DNA of 63,231 bases, counting the filler, from Rhabdomonas costata (Eukaryota), in NCBI GenBank assembly GCA_019059605.1. It is 50 parts of 50 records of this genome, joined end to end, with 100 filler letters (N's around TTAATTAATTAA, not from the genome) between each part and the next. Parts side by side here need not be neighbours in the genome. Positions count along the whole stretch, not along the records: positions 38,022 to 39,188 come from JAHMHO010025368.1; positions 39,289 to 40,454 come from JAHMHO010025369.1; positions 40,555 to 41,722 come from JAHMHO010025370.1; positions 41,823 to 42,989 come from JAHMHO010025371.1; positions 43,090 to 44,254 come from JAHMHO010025372.1; positions 44,355 to 45,521 come from JAHMHO010025373.1; positions 45,622 to 46,787 come from JAHMHO010025374.1; positions 46,888 to 48,053 come from JAHMHO010025375.1; 42 more parts are not named here. One strand, written 5' to 3'. Below, in pieces: positions 38,232 through 51,032 of this stretch; the first letter of the stretch is position 1; every line of letters starts with the position of its first letter. A program made the position numbers and the translations under genes. The notes below the pieces were generated by a model that saw nothing but the letters and a program-made list of their open reading frames with translations, ran no database searches and was not told the origin of the DNA.

Positions 38232-39667
38232 ATAGAGCCCAGGGGATTCCTTTTTACAAATTACTTGGCCGATTTTTTCTTTGCGATTCCTACAATTTAT
38301 TATATTTTTCCCTTTCGAAAAGATGTAATACCTTAAATACCATTACAGAAGGCCCCTTGCCACCTCTTTCGAAGATGCCCTTGACAGAAGCGCGAGGAAA
38401 GGCTCTGCTGAGGAAGCTCCCAAACCCGAAGCACCCTCCAGTGGGTCTCCGCGCTCTTCGTGCTGCTCAGCACGTGGCCGGCCACAGGGTACAACGGGTT
38501 GTCCTCCTCCGCCCCCTCGGCCGAGGGCTCACCCTCCGGGGAACGCACGCAGGTGACGAACTCGCGGCGCTGTTTGTTTTGTTTTGTATCGCTTTATCGG
38601 ATGCAATGGCCCCTTGATAGGGTCCGTGGGTGCGAATGGCTTAAGGGCCCTATCCGCCAAATACATATGTCTCGTGTCAAGTGTGGGGGGTATGCCTCGA
38701 GTCGTAAGGGGGGAGGGGAGATAGGAGCGGTGTCCACTAAGTGAGGTTCTTGGTCTTGCTGGGGGTTTGGTAGCGATGCACCCTTCTTTGCTTATTTGAG
38801 GCTGGGTTCGGCCGCACAAATTTGCCTCTGATGAGCTCCTCTGGATAATTTCCCGCCCGCCTCCACGTCTTGCAACACCCATCCAATTCGCTCGGGAATC
38901 CGGGCACTTTATCCGCCAAATATGACTCGAGACATAACCTCATCCGACTCTGTTTCTTGAGGCAACGCTCCTGGTTTCCTTCGGAAACGTCTAGTTCCCT
39001 GCCCTCGAGCTGCAAAATGAGAACACGACAGATTCGAACACGTCAAACCTTCTCTGATCCTCAGTTCGCAGAATCTCTACTTCAAGTTGGGACTGGCGGG
39101 CGGTAAGGTTGACCACACACACGCGCGGAAAAAGCAAAAATTTGGAGAAAAGGTGAACATCCGAACCCATCATAAAATCCAAACCAACNNNNNNNNNNNN
39201 NNNNNNNNNNNNNNNNNNNNNNNNNNNNNNNNTTAATTAATTAANNNNNNNNNNNNNNNNNNNNNNNNNNNNNNNNNNNNNNNNNNNNTGAATTGGGTGA
39301 ATTTGGTTGGTTTTTAATTCGTACTAAAAAAAGTACGAATAGAAAGGCAAGCAATTAACATAAGGTTCACAAGTGACCTGCAAAACTCAGTCCGTCCGCC
39401 ATAGCACTACCAAGGGAGTGAGAGCATGGTAGATTGCGAAAAGGTGCGAAAAGGCAAAGGGCCGCATCGATGTACAGAGAGGAAAAGCCGGGGGGGGGGG
39501 CGATGTTTTCCTTGCAGCCAAGTACAGAGAAGAGGAGAGCACCCAGGCGGATTGGATGGAGAACAGGTGACCAAGTGTGCGCCTGAGTGTATGTGTGTGC
39601 GTGTGCGTGTGCGTGTGCGTGAAGAAGGCTGAAGGAGCAGAGGAGGGCAGATCGAGACGAAGGAAAC

Positions 39668-39823
39668 CTGGGCTTTCAAGTACTTTCTCTCGTTTATTCT
39701 CTGATTGTGAATCTTGGCCGTTTCGTCGTTGGCAGCTGCTTTCTTTGAGGCCCTCTCTTGGCGCCTCTGCTCAGCCAAATCGGGATCAACAAACTTCGGC
39801 GCCTTGGGTTTCGTCAACGGAAC
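39668..39823 (-). CDS. Probable exon of a basic, helical protein
   Basis: CAG|VPLTKPKAPKFVDPDLAEQRRQERASKK...YLKAQ|GT. Confidence 0.45.
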
Positions 39824-40554
39824 CTGGGAAAAGTTTTAAAATAAGAACGAGGAAGATGAGAAAAACGGAACGTGGCCTGCACAAAAGCTTTGAACCATTA
39901 GAGAACCCCCTGCCCAAAAATTCTTTGGAAATCCGTGAAAAAAATTATTCTGAAGTTCCGCACGTTCCCCTCCATTTACCCCACAGCACAAATATCTCTC
40001 TCATTCTCTGTGTTCCGGAATCCTCCCCCTTTTTTTTACCGCCCGCTGCGTCCTCTGAGTTGGATCCCCAGTGGTGGCGCAACGAGGAAGCTCCCCCCCC
40101 ACACACACACTGTGGGCCCTGGAGCTCTCTGAACAGGTGCGCCACCTTAGCGGCCACCTTAGCCAGCGGATGGAAGGCCTGAGTCTGGTTCCTCGCACCG
40201 CTCTCCCACGGGGATCTACCCAAAGAATGCCTGAGCGAACTCTAACATGACCACCAACCCGCGGAGGCCTCCACTGACAGCCCTTCCTGGTTGCCCTCGC
40301 TGCGCTCTTCTCGCCCATCTCGAACTTCTACAGCAGGTCTACGACCACGGACTGCAGGTGCGCCAGGCCTGACCCTCTGAAACTGCTCCTAACCAAGTCC
40401 TGCAGAACCGCTTAGTGATCCTCGGGGGTGGGGGTAGGGTAAATAACAAACACANNNNNNNNNNNNNNNNNNNNNNNNNNNNNNNNNNNNNNNNNNNNTT
40501 AATTAATTAANNNNNNNNNNNNNNNNNNNNNNNNNNNNNNNNNNNNNNNNNNNN

Positions 40555-41722
40555 ACCACCAACAACTCCGGTCCACCTCGTTAATCACTCTGGATGGGTC
40601 ATCAAACTCGGGTTTGGACAGGTAATGTTTCGCACTGATTAGGGGGTGCACGTCGTAGACGGCAAAGTAAACTTTATCTCCATCTGGAACTCTGTAAGCC
40701 CACGCCAACTCTCTCGGCAACCTCACTGTCCAACGGAGCTTTTTCCCGAGTCCCAATTCGCACACAGATAATTCAAAGTACTCCCTGTGTACACAGCTCC
40801 TCTGCATTTTATCCACGTAACGGCCTGATTATGTGGAACTCTGGATTCAACCACCTCACTTGAGTATTCTATGAACTCCATGTCAATCACCATAATCCTC
40901 TCTGGATTGTATAACACCGGGAATTTACAAAACCATCAACTTTGGAACTGTCTCTGGAGCCGCCTTGGGAACTGCACTCTCTGTGGAAGACGAGGGCGTG
41001 GCTCTGGACACCCCTGTCATTGTGGTTCCCGTCCCTTGCTGTGCATTACCTCCTCTGGGAGGTTCCACCAACGGTCCACTACCCATCTTCAGCTGTCGCA
41101 AAATCTCTCCCAACGTATCTGCAACTGGTGGCTGTGGAAGGGGCTTCGGGGCTCGAGGGACATACTTCACCCACTGCCTCGTCTCTGGAAGCTGGGACAA
41201 CAAGTCTCTGGAAACAAGCCTCCTCCTCAGAACCTCATTAATCAACCCCTCGATATTCTCCCGTTCTGAAATCAGAACCGATCCATCAATCTGTTCAACC
41301 ACCTCCATCACATACGTCACCATGGCATGATCCTCCAACACTGGTGGAATGGTACTCAGGGTCTGTAACTGTGGAGATCCCTTGGCAACCATCCTCCACT
41401 CGTTCAACTCCTGCATAGCCTTAGCCATCTCAACTCTTCCATGCTCCAGAATACCCACTAGATTTGTGATCTCTGCATTCTCTTTCTGAAATCCACTGCA
41501 CTGCATTCATCCACCTCGTGGTACTTTCTACCGCTCCCGAACGTCTACTATTCAGTCGCTCTGCAGTCTCTTTTAGCACCTTCTCCAAATCTGTTGAAGA
41601 CTTATCAAAGCACTGCACACAAGCCTCATACCGATTCTGTAGATTGGCCCTCACAAACGCGTTCAGACCTGCCCAGTAACGCTTCTCTGCAGGGGGCTTA
41701 GGGGTCTGGGACATCCCCACAA
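40555..41722 (-). mobile_element. Copy 1 of an intronless repeated element: coiled-coil ORF1 plus the start of a DEDD-like nuclease ORF2 (frameshifted, internal deletion)
   Basis: ORF1 ends ...TLGEILRQLKMGSGPLVEPPRGGNAQQG...PKLMVL*; ORF2 reads MVIDMEFIEY...RELAWAYRV...; collinear with 44355-45020. Confidence 0.7.
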
Positions 41723-41903
41723 NNNNNNNNNNNNNNNNNNNNNNNNNNNNNNNNNNNNNNNNNNNNTTAATTAATTAANNNNNNNNNNNNNNNNNNNNNN
41801 NNNNNNNNNNNNNNNNNNNNNNTTGTGGTTGTGAGACATCCGCAGATGTGAGCTGCCGTGGGTTTTTTGTGTCGCTCTCTTTTCTTCTCTCTCTCTCTTC
41901 CAG

Positions 41904-42670
41904 GAGTGCCAGCGGGAGGGCATCCGGTGCCCCATTCTAGAGTACCCTGACAACGCGCCCTGCGTGGAGCTCGTCGATAAGCCGGGCGGGGTGTTCACCC
42001 TGCTCGACCAGGAGTGCGCGTTCAAGTTGGGCACGGACGAGGTATTCGTACATTTTGGGATCTTCGCTTCTCTCTTCGACAAGATCCATGTTTTGTGTCA
42101 TTACTTTTGAAATCTGCCTTGTTTTTGGGGAGATGATTTAGATTAGTCTCATCAGTCGACCTAACTGCAGTTGTGACCTGAGAAAGCATGCCTTCTTCTA
42201 TCCGTGCCGTGGGCTGGCTCGGCACAGTTTTTGGGGTTGGGTGAAACGTTTCTCAGTGTAGAGGAAGGAGAAACAGAGGAACCCTTAAAGTCATCTTATA
42301 AGGGTGTTCGCTCACCACAATGCAAACCAATACCCAAATGAGCAAACGAACGTCTGCGATCGCGTTTAAACACCGGCGACTATTGACGCTGGGAGGGGGT
42401 TTTTGCATGTTTGTTGCTTCAGGTTCCCCCCCCAGCCGCAAATAAAACATGATCATTTTGAGCACAATGCTAACGAACCTTCCTCTTTGCTAAATTGTAT
42501 TTTCAAGATGACCTGCCTGGGTCTTTTGGTAAGAGGGTGGGGTGGGTTGCGCTTCAGGGCTTTGCAAAGAAGCTCTGCGAGGCCTGGGCCGACAAGAACC
42601 CGTACTTCATTGCTCCCCGGAGCACCAACTATGACTCCTTTGGCATCCGCCACTACGCGGGCGATGTGAT
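41904..42670 (+). CDS. Myosin motor domain; exons 41904-42041 and 42558-42670
   Basis: EGIRCPILEYPDNAPCVELVDKPGGVFTLLDQECAFKLGTDE|GFAKKL...YFIAPR...FGIRHYAGDV. Confidence 0.93.
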
Positions 42671-44354
42671 GTACGAATCCCACAGCCCCCTCTCCTTTCT
42701 TACTTGTCCTCGCTCATCCCCTCACCCAATTTTTTGCAACCGGAAACCGGGGTGGGGGACGTCGGGATGCGGAGCCTATCTCTCTCTCTTACGTTTCCGC
42801 CAATGGCTGAACATTCCATGCACAGCTTTATGTGGTACGTGCACGATAATTAGGGTGACTTTTTTCTCCGCTACTTGACCGACATTTGTGACTGGGTGAA
42901 CATGGACAGTCCGCTGAACAGCTTGGAGGCATCAAGAACAGATATTCATCAAGGAGTCAAGCAAAATGTCTTCCGCTCCCACCAAACCCNNNNNNNNNNN
43001 NNNNNNNNNNNNNNNNNNNNNNNNNNNNNNNNNTTAATTAATTAANNNNNNNNNNNNNNNNNNNNNNNNNNNNNNNNNNNNNNNNNNNNTGCATGGTAAC
43101 GCTTTTAATTCTGGTACAAGGTTCTCAGATGCGCTCGACGGCGATGGTCTGCGGTTTCGAACAGTGGTGTCATTGGACCCTTCGCGCGGGCACACACAAA
43201 CCCCGCGGTTCCAGAGCAAGTCCCTGCGGTTCTTTCGAATTTACTGTGTGTCCACTGGTTTTGCGTTTGGTCTTTTTAACTCTTACTTCTTGCCGGATGT
43301 GGTTGGTGCATGTGATGTACGGGCCAGGGCTGGCTTGAACTCCCATCCCACAACTTCGAGTCCATTGGCGGCAAAGCCCGCAACGTCGCCGAGAGTCGCG
43401 TCCTCATTGCCTACCAACCACGAGACTGAGACACTGGAGGCTCAGAGGGCCAGGTGTCCAGACCCCGGGCAGCCTTCCCGTCACAAGAAGAGGTGAGTGC
43501 CGAATCGGGCCTGTGAGTGCACACACACAGACACCCCGTTGCTGTGATAACACCAATTCAATATCAAAGCTATTGAAAAGAGGATTAAACCATGGAAAAA
43601 AGATATTTAGTGTGTGAAGCCAGTTACTGGTTGAAATTGAATTTGAAATTGCAGTTCCCCCTTCACACACACACACACAAATTAGCTGTTGCACACTTGG
43701 GACGCTGCTGCTGAGCCAGTTAACGTGATTTTCTCTTTCTGCCAGACCAGCAATGCGCAAAAGGTGTGAAATTCCTGAAAACAAGAACATGAAAACTCGG
43801 GTATGCTATGCAATCCGGCCGAAATTTCGGTCTCAGTACATAACCTTGCAAACGCCCCAAAAGCAGAATGGGATCAGAACACCCAAAATTGAAAATGGCC
43901 TCTAGGACGGCTGCAAAGCGCAAAAGTCAAGGGTTCGTCCGATGGTGAAGTTACCAGCTCCATTTCACCACACGCTTAACACACATTTTGTGTGGTAACG
44001 ACACCTGCTCGTGGAATAACACGGTCATCTTTTATGTTGAGCGAACAAAGGCGGCAGGTCAGCGCTCTGACACGCTAACTCCTCTCGCCTGCACTATTTG
44101 TGCGCAGAGGCGATTTCACCGAGCACGTTGAAGGGTTCGTGTTTTATCACGCATGCACCCGCGCGTTCACACCTATACCCACACACACTCTCCTTCGCTT
44201 CCAGAGAGAAGGCCTCCTTGGCTCTGGGCGAACCGCTGGTGAAATCCAAACAAANNNNNNNNNNNNNNNNNNNNNNNNNNNNNNNNNNNNNNNNNNNNTT
44301 AATTAATTAANNNNNNNNNNNNNNNNNNNNNNNNNNNNNNNNNNNNNNNNNNNN

Positions 44355-45521
44355 TTGCAGATACGTTGGGAGAGATTTTGCGACAGCTGAAGATGGGTAG
44401 GGGACCGTTTGTGGAACCTCCCAGAGGAGGTAATGCACAGCAAGGGATTGGAACCACAATAACAGGGGTTGCAAGATCCACGCCCTCGACTTCCACAGAG
44501 AGTGCAGTTACCAAGGCGGCTCCAGAGACAGTTCCAAAGTTGATGGTTTTGTAAATACACAGTGTAATACAATCCAGAGAGGATTATGGTGATTGACATG
44601 GATTTCATAGAATACTCAAGTAACGTGGTTGAATCCAGAGTTCCACATGATCAGGCAGTTACGTGGATAAAATGGAGAAGATCTGTGTACACAAGGAGTA
44701 CTTTGAAATATCTGTGTGCGAATTGGGACTCGACCCCGTTTTGGTGTGGTAAGAACCTCAGTAACCCGATGCAATGGTGGACTTTTGAGCAGTTTGTTTC
44801 TATTGAAGAGTACCATATGAGTGGGAAAAGGCACCGTTGGACAGTGAGGTTGCCGTGTGCCGTGAGAGAGTTGGCGTGGGCTTACAGAGTTACAGAGGGA
44901 GACAAAGTTTACGTTTCCGTCTACGACGTGCACCACCTGATCATTGCGAAACATTACCTGTCCAGACCCGAGTTTGATGACCCATACAGAGTGATTAACG
45001 AGGTGGACAGGAGTTGTTGGTGGTACGCAGAGAACAACGTTCAACAGTTAAGATACAGTCCTGGAGAAGCGGGTACAAAGTTTGGGAAGGCTTTGCAGAG
45101 ATTGAAGTCGGCGGTGCGGACGATGAAGTCGGATAAGTTAATGGTTAAGGGAAATCCAGAGGGGGCGGAGTTGCTGAGCAAATATTTCGAGTTTTTATGA
45201 CTTCCAGACCATCCACCGATAGTGGAGTGCCCCAGAGTAAGAGTGAAGCAGCCAGGTGCGTTGTCTCCAGAGGTCCAGAGCAAAGTGTTGCATCCATTCA
45301 AGTTTGTTATGAGGACTACAAACCCATGTCACTTGGGAAAGCATGTGGGGAATTCACGTTTCCAGACAGATGACAATGTGGACCACTGTGCCGTGGTCGA
45401 GTGCTTGTATTACTCAGTGTATGGGTTGCCAGGTTCCAGAGTGGGAAGTTTCACAAATGACCGGTACACGACGTTTATCAGACACTTTGCCATTGACGAG
45501 AGGATGTCCATCCCACAAACA
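44355..45521 (+). mobile_element. Copy 2 of the same element: ORF1 end (to 44554) and DEDD/Maelstrom-like nuclease ORF2 (44586 to contig end) with an in-frame TGA at 45198-45200
   Basis: VIDMDF...VRELAW...WWYAENNVQQLRYSPG...LMVKGNPEGAELL..FL*..ECPRV...CHLGKH...DHCAVVECLYY; ORFs 44586 and 45222 share a frame. Confidence 0.7.
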
Positions 45522-45839
45522 NNNNNNNNNNNNNNNNNNNNNNNNNNNNNNNNNNNNNNNNNNNNTTAATTAATTAANNNNNNNNNNNNNNNNNNNNNNN
45601 NNNNNNNNNNNNNNNNNNNNNATAAGGAGTCCGCGTTGGGATCGAAAACCTGCTCCGTGAGCAAAGAGCAGTGATGGTCGTAGAGGCATGTTGCGGTGTT
45701 CTCCACGACGCTCACACTCTGCAGGCAGGTGATGAAATCATAGGGGCGCGGAATAGCAGCCAGCGGAGGCTGAGACGCAGGGCCACGAGCAGCGAGAGCA
45801 GTGCCCTGCCACCCGGCCTTCAGCGCTAGCAGCAGCACC

Positions 45840-46577
45840 TCCACTGGAGACGGGGTGGTAAGAGGAGGAGCTGAAGGAGAAAGCGGGTTGGATACAGCAG
45901 GAGGTGGGGTAGATTTCCCCGGCGGAGGCTGCGTCTCGCTACTGGAGAGGATCCTAACGGACTGCCCCACGCCACATAAGGACACCCCGAAGCGAACCTG
46001 AAAAAATCCAAGTGAGGCGGGAGTGAAGCGAATGTCGGCTCAATAGAAAACCCGAGAGACCGAAAAAGATAGAGAAGGCTTCCAGCTTGTCCTAGAAACC
46101 CATGGAAGGACTCCCGAGAGTCTTTCCACACCTCTGCAACCACACACACACGCTCCGAGCTTTCCTTCAATCCCTCCCTCTCCCTGAACGCAAACCCCTG
46201 AGCGATGACGAAAAACAGAAATAGACGTCTTGGCCTCATATCTCCGAGAACTATAAAAGTCAGTGAAGCTCGGTCAGCGTGCAAGACTGCGAGATTATAG
46301 CCTGTGACGACATATGTTAAAAAGAAAAGAGATTCAAGCAACGTGGACCTTCTGCAACGGCACCTCCACGGCGGCGCCCAGCGGGACTCCGTTGAGCTCA
46401 AATTGGATTCCCCTCGCAACCACCTTCACCGCGAAGAGGTCGCCCTTCGAGAGGCCCTGGAAAAGCTGCACGTCCGTGGGGTGACCGCTGAAAAAAATGG
46501 AGGCGCGGTCGAGCCGGCAGGCGTAGCCCAGGCTGCTCGGGATATCGTCTTGCCCAATGGCGGCGTGGTTGGCAGAC
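45840..46577 (-). CDS. SPRY/B30.2-domain protein; exons 46577-46349 and 45997 onward
   Basis: IGQDDIPSSLGY...FQGLSKGDLFAVKV..IQFELNGVPLGAAV..QK|VRFGVSLCGVGQSVRI. Confidence 0.65.
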
Positions 46578-46887
46578 CTTAAAATTCACAAAGAAGGTAA
46601 TTGAAGGAACAATAGTGGGCATTGGTGGGCAATAGCGGGCAGCAGGAAGCAAACAGCAAAATGGATCACCGAAAAGCGACAAAATGACGCAATATCAAAG
46701 CGTCAAACAAAAAAAGAAACAAACAGACACCTCCCGAAAGGTGGTCGATCACGTGCCACGTCAGCAGCTAGGAGTCCACACACAAACNNNNNNNNNNNNN
46801 NNNNNNNNNNNNNNNNNNNNNNNNNNNNNNNTTAATTAATTAANNNNNNNNNNNNNNNNNNNNNNNNNNNNNNNNNNNNNNNNNNNN

Positions 46888-47952
46888 CTGCACGGAGAGC
46901 TGAGACAGAGGAGGGTTGTACCACGATTCTTGGAAGTACAGCGCCTGAATGGAAATGAAGCTGGGAAAGGGGCCCACAGTCGCCGTGTTGGGGGTAAAGA
47001 ATAGCCATACGAGCGCGTCGGTGTTGTGGTGAAACGTGACTCCAGAAAGAGGGCATGTCCACCACCCAGCGGCGAGACTACAGTTAATGGAAGCATTTTG
47101 ATCGTCAGCAATGTTCCAAGATACCCCTCCGGTCACAGCACTGGCAGAAATGTTGACTTTCTCTCCCCCGACACTCGTCCCTGTGGACCTCAGAATGAAG
47201 GAAACTCGCACGAGCTGTCCCGACAACTGCGGAGCAGGTGGGAAAACATTCACTCCAAATGAGGTGGGAAGCATGCTGGGCTGCAGCGGATTGTGCTGGA
47301 TTGCCTCCTGCTGGGGCTGAAGGCGGCCGATTGAGATGATTCCAGTCCGCACAGAGTAGCTGACGAACTGATCCGCGGTGAACGTGACGTTCATCAGGAG
47401 CGGGCCCGAGGAGCTCAGGATGGGTGTGAAAAACAGGTACACCACGGGCTTCGGAACGTTAGGCCCCAGAATTGGAACATTACTGATGTCACACACGAAG
47501 TGCAGCCCCTCCTGCGGGCACGAGATCCCCTGGCTGGCGTTGGCGGTGAGGTGCCAGCTAACAGGCCCGACAACAGCCAGCGCGGGCACATAGACCTGCT
47601 CGCCCCCCACCGTGCTGTTGCTGCTGAGGATCTCAAAACCAACCGTGGCCAAATCACCAGAGAGCAAGTAGGGCTGGTTGGAGAACCATGGGCGAGGGTC
47701 CACGTGCAAAATACCCAAAGCGCGCAGAGGGGAGGAGTGTACCAGTGAAGTGAACTTCTCCGCCTCCCAGGTAAACTTCACGATGCCCAGAGCACTATAT
47801 TCCAGCGTGAGGTTGAAACGCACAACAATTGGGGTAGAGGAAAGGTTTCCCAGAACAAGATCACAGGCATAGAACTCGTTATCAGGAAGAGCGGGGCACG
47901 TCCCGTTGGAAGTCGAAGTGTCCCAGGTGGCGTTGGGCTGCACTATGGCCAT
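46888..47952 (-). CDS. Extracellular beta-rich protein with repeated Cys-paired Ig-like (DUF11-like) modules
   Basis: Uninterrupted ORF over 350 aa with three S/C..C.....C.L modules, repeated STVGGE.V / VSW / LFFTP segments and many sequons. Confidence 0.6.
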
Positions 47953-50687
47953 TGGGATGAGGACTCGCAGCCATGCTGGTTGCGCTGGGCCGGGATTTCC
48001 CCAGCTTGCAGAAAGAGGGAGGGGGAATCCGACCCCTCGCGGTCGCGGTCCCTNNNNNNNNNNNNNNNNNNNNNNNNNNNNNNNNNNNNNNNNNNNNTTA
48101 ATTAATTAANNNNNNNNNNNNNNNNNNNNNNNNNNNNNNNNNNNNNNNNNNNNTTGCGGTGCATTTTGCTTCCCTATAAAGTAGGCTGTTCAACTTCCAC
48201 ACTGAAGGAGAAGGGACGCGCGAAGCGACACAACGCGGAACACGGTAAAAAGATTGGTGGAAAATTCCATGGGCGCAGGATGTACGTTGAGCGTGCACAA
48301 TACGTCGGGATATTCTCATGTGCTCAAACAAGATGTTTGATCCGTCTTGAGCAAGGGGGCGTCAGAGGGCGTTTATCGCGCAGGACTGCGCCGCCACGGC
48401 ATTACAGTGCACAAACGCACAGCCCTGATGCTCAAAAGAAGCTAAAGGAGACCGTCGCTTTCAATTTCACAGGTCGCCAGCTGGCACTCAGCGCAGATTT
48501 TTGGGTCGGGAGGTCGCAATGCGGTTGTGTACCCAATGTACCCAAGTCTCCCTGCTTCAAGTCGACCACTGAAACGCAGGCTGCTGGATCAAGAAGTAAA
48601 AAGCAACCGCCAAAGGCAGAATGGGCGCATATGCAATACTGACTCAACTCACCAGAAACCAGTTTATGCCAAATCTTCTCACCAAGTTCATTGGCAGGTG
48701 GAGGACTGGCCCACGCCCAGACCGGCTTTTTATATATGCCACTTCTCCAGGAAGCACGTTTGGCTGTGAAGCAAAATGTATGCTGTGATGTCACTGTCCA
48801 TCCCATTCCCGAAGACTGGCGAACAAATACCGCATTGAACAGAGATCTGTACAGCTGTACAAGGCCGAAGAGGGAAGACTTTGCCAACCCCTCAAGCCCA
48901 CGAGAACATGATCGAGTGAGGAGGGGTCTCAAGAAAGACATCAAGAGCAGCTTTCAACCGCTGGAGAAAGGAAAGATAAACCCCCAACCCACACAGCAGT
49001 CAAAAAGGGTGCGCAAGAACCCCACGGTGCATTGCCATCCCAAGCGGGGTTCCCGGCAGCGCCGCGAAATTTCTGGCAAACAGGGAAGAAACGGCAAGAA
49101 GACACATCAAGACGAGCGACAAGCCTGTGGTAAGCCACAAGGAAAACCACACACAGCTCAGCTCCCGCCGGGCCCATTGGAGCCACCGTTTCTCAACACA
49201 CCTAAAACGCTACACACCACACCGATAGCACCTCGTTGCTCGATCACAAGCGGGAGAAAACGCACCGCCTGGAGTCCTACCCCCCACCCTTTCATGCAAT
49301 CGCTCTACACACACAACCCNNNNNNNNNNNNNNNNNNNNNNNNNNNNNNNNNNNNNNNNNNNNTTAATTAATTAANNNNNNNNNNNNNNNNNNNNNNNNN
49401 NNNNNNNNNNNNNNNNNNNGGAGACAAAAGGTCTAAAAAAGGGCCGGTACCGAACGACCACGCTTCGACATAACCGACCATTTGCCTTCATTTATTAATT
49501 TGGGATGGCCCAACTTGCGCATGATTTAAACGGAGGGTTCCACAAATAGCTCTGCTTTCCGGCATCCCACGGGGTGAGTTTGCAGAGATCCTGCTTTGTC
49601 GGGGCAGCGCTTGTGACTGCTCCTTACGGTTTTCGTCGTTTTTCTAGCTGTAACCGAACAGCTAGAAATTTTTTTTGTGCGCATTTCGGACCCCATCAAA
49701 AAGGTTAATATATTTTTCATCTCTATCGTCTATGCTTTACTTTCGCGCGTTAGAACTTGGTGCGAAGCAACCCTTGGGCAACGTGCAAAGCGCCATTTCG
49801 AATTGCGCAAAATATGATCGGCCGCAAAAGTGATAAGCCAGGGGCGTATGCCTGCAACCCCAGGGAGTCAGGGTCAACCAAGTCACACCTTTGCGCCCAG
49901 CGTATCTGTCTGCCCGTTGATGTGGATCCCCACATGGCCTGTCCCTACTGTGCATTGAACTAGCAGCAATTGTTACGATGACGGTTCAATCCATATGGCA
50001 TCCAACAATCCCAATCAAAACCGATACTCCTGCGCCTTGTGATTCGCTGAGGCGCGCAGGCCTTGGCCCTCTGTACCCAGAAAAAGATACACGGGTAAGA
50101 AAAAGCTCATCACCAGGAGTCCTAGTAGCACGCTGATTCTGCCAAACATACACAGGCCTGGAAGTACTCAGCTGGGCACACACACACACAAAGCAACAGG
50201 AAAGCATTCGACCGCATCGTCCATTTCACAGTACGTTCTTGGAGAGGATAACCCAGGGCTTCAGTCCCGGCCGACACCAAGAGGCGAAAACCTCTAAGTC
50301 GGCGCGGCATCGCAAAAGTTCTGCGCCACAAACTTGCTAAACTCAACAAGATCGACGGTCTGCTGCAGGTTTAGCGTGAGGTAGAGCTGGATCGCGAAGA
50401 ACTCCCAAAAATCCACTTTGCTGCAAACGCACCCCATACCCATCCGGAAATCATCTGCTGTCCACATGCACCTAACATGAATATCTGTATGAAGCAAAAG
50501 CAAAAAGATTGTCCCCAATAAAAATGGCCATGAGTCACATTGCAGCATACCCCTTCAACTACTCTAGCAGACCCAACACAACCACNNNNNNNNNNNNNNN
50601 NNNNNNNNNNNNNNNNNNNNNNNNNNNNNTTAATTAATTAANNNNNNNNNNNNNNNNNNNNNNNNNNNNNNNNNNNNNNNNNNNNGT

Positions 50688-51032
50688 GGGTATCATCAGC
50701 TTCCAAGGTATTTCACCCTGGAAGAGGATGACAAGGAAGCGTTATGGTGGAACGCGTTCGCATGTGTGTGGAGTCCTGAAGTGTGTTTGTATGCGAACCC
50801 ACCGTGGAGCCTTATTCCACTGGTGTTGGAAAAGATTCGTATGGAAGGGTCAAGGGTTCTACTGGTGACGCCCAACTGGGTGTCAGCACCATGGTATGTG
50901 TTGTTGAAGGCAATGACTGTGCGAAGTGTGGAATGGAGGGGGAGTTTATACCTCACGGATGAGGGTCGGCTGAGGCCGAGGCCTCAGTGGACTACGTTGT
51001 TTTCGTATGTGGTTGGTGATGGTGGTTGGTGA
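50688..51032 (+). mobile_element. Retroelement-type DNA N6-adenine methyltransferase domain (DIRS-like), C-terminus of an ORF
   Basis: HQLPRYFTL...A..WNAFACVW...LYANPPWSLIPLVLEKIRMEGSRVLLVTPNWVSAPWYVLL, with the NPPW catalytic motif. Confidence 0.85.
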
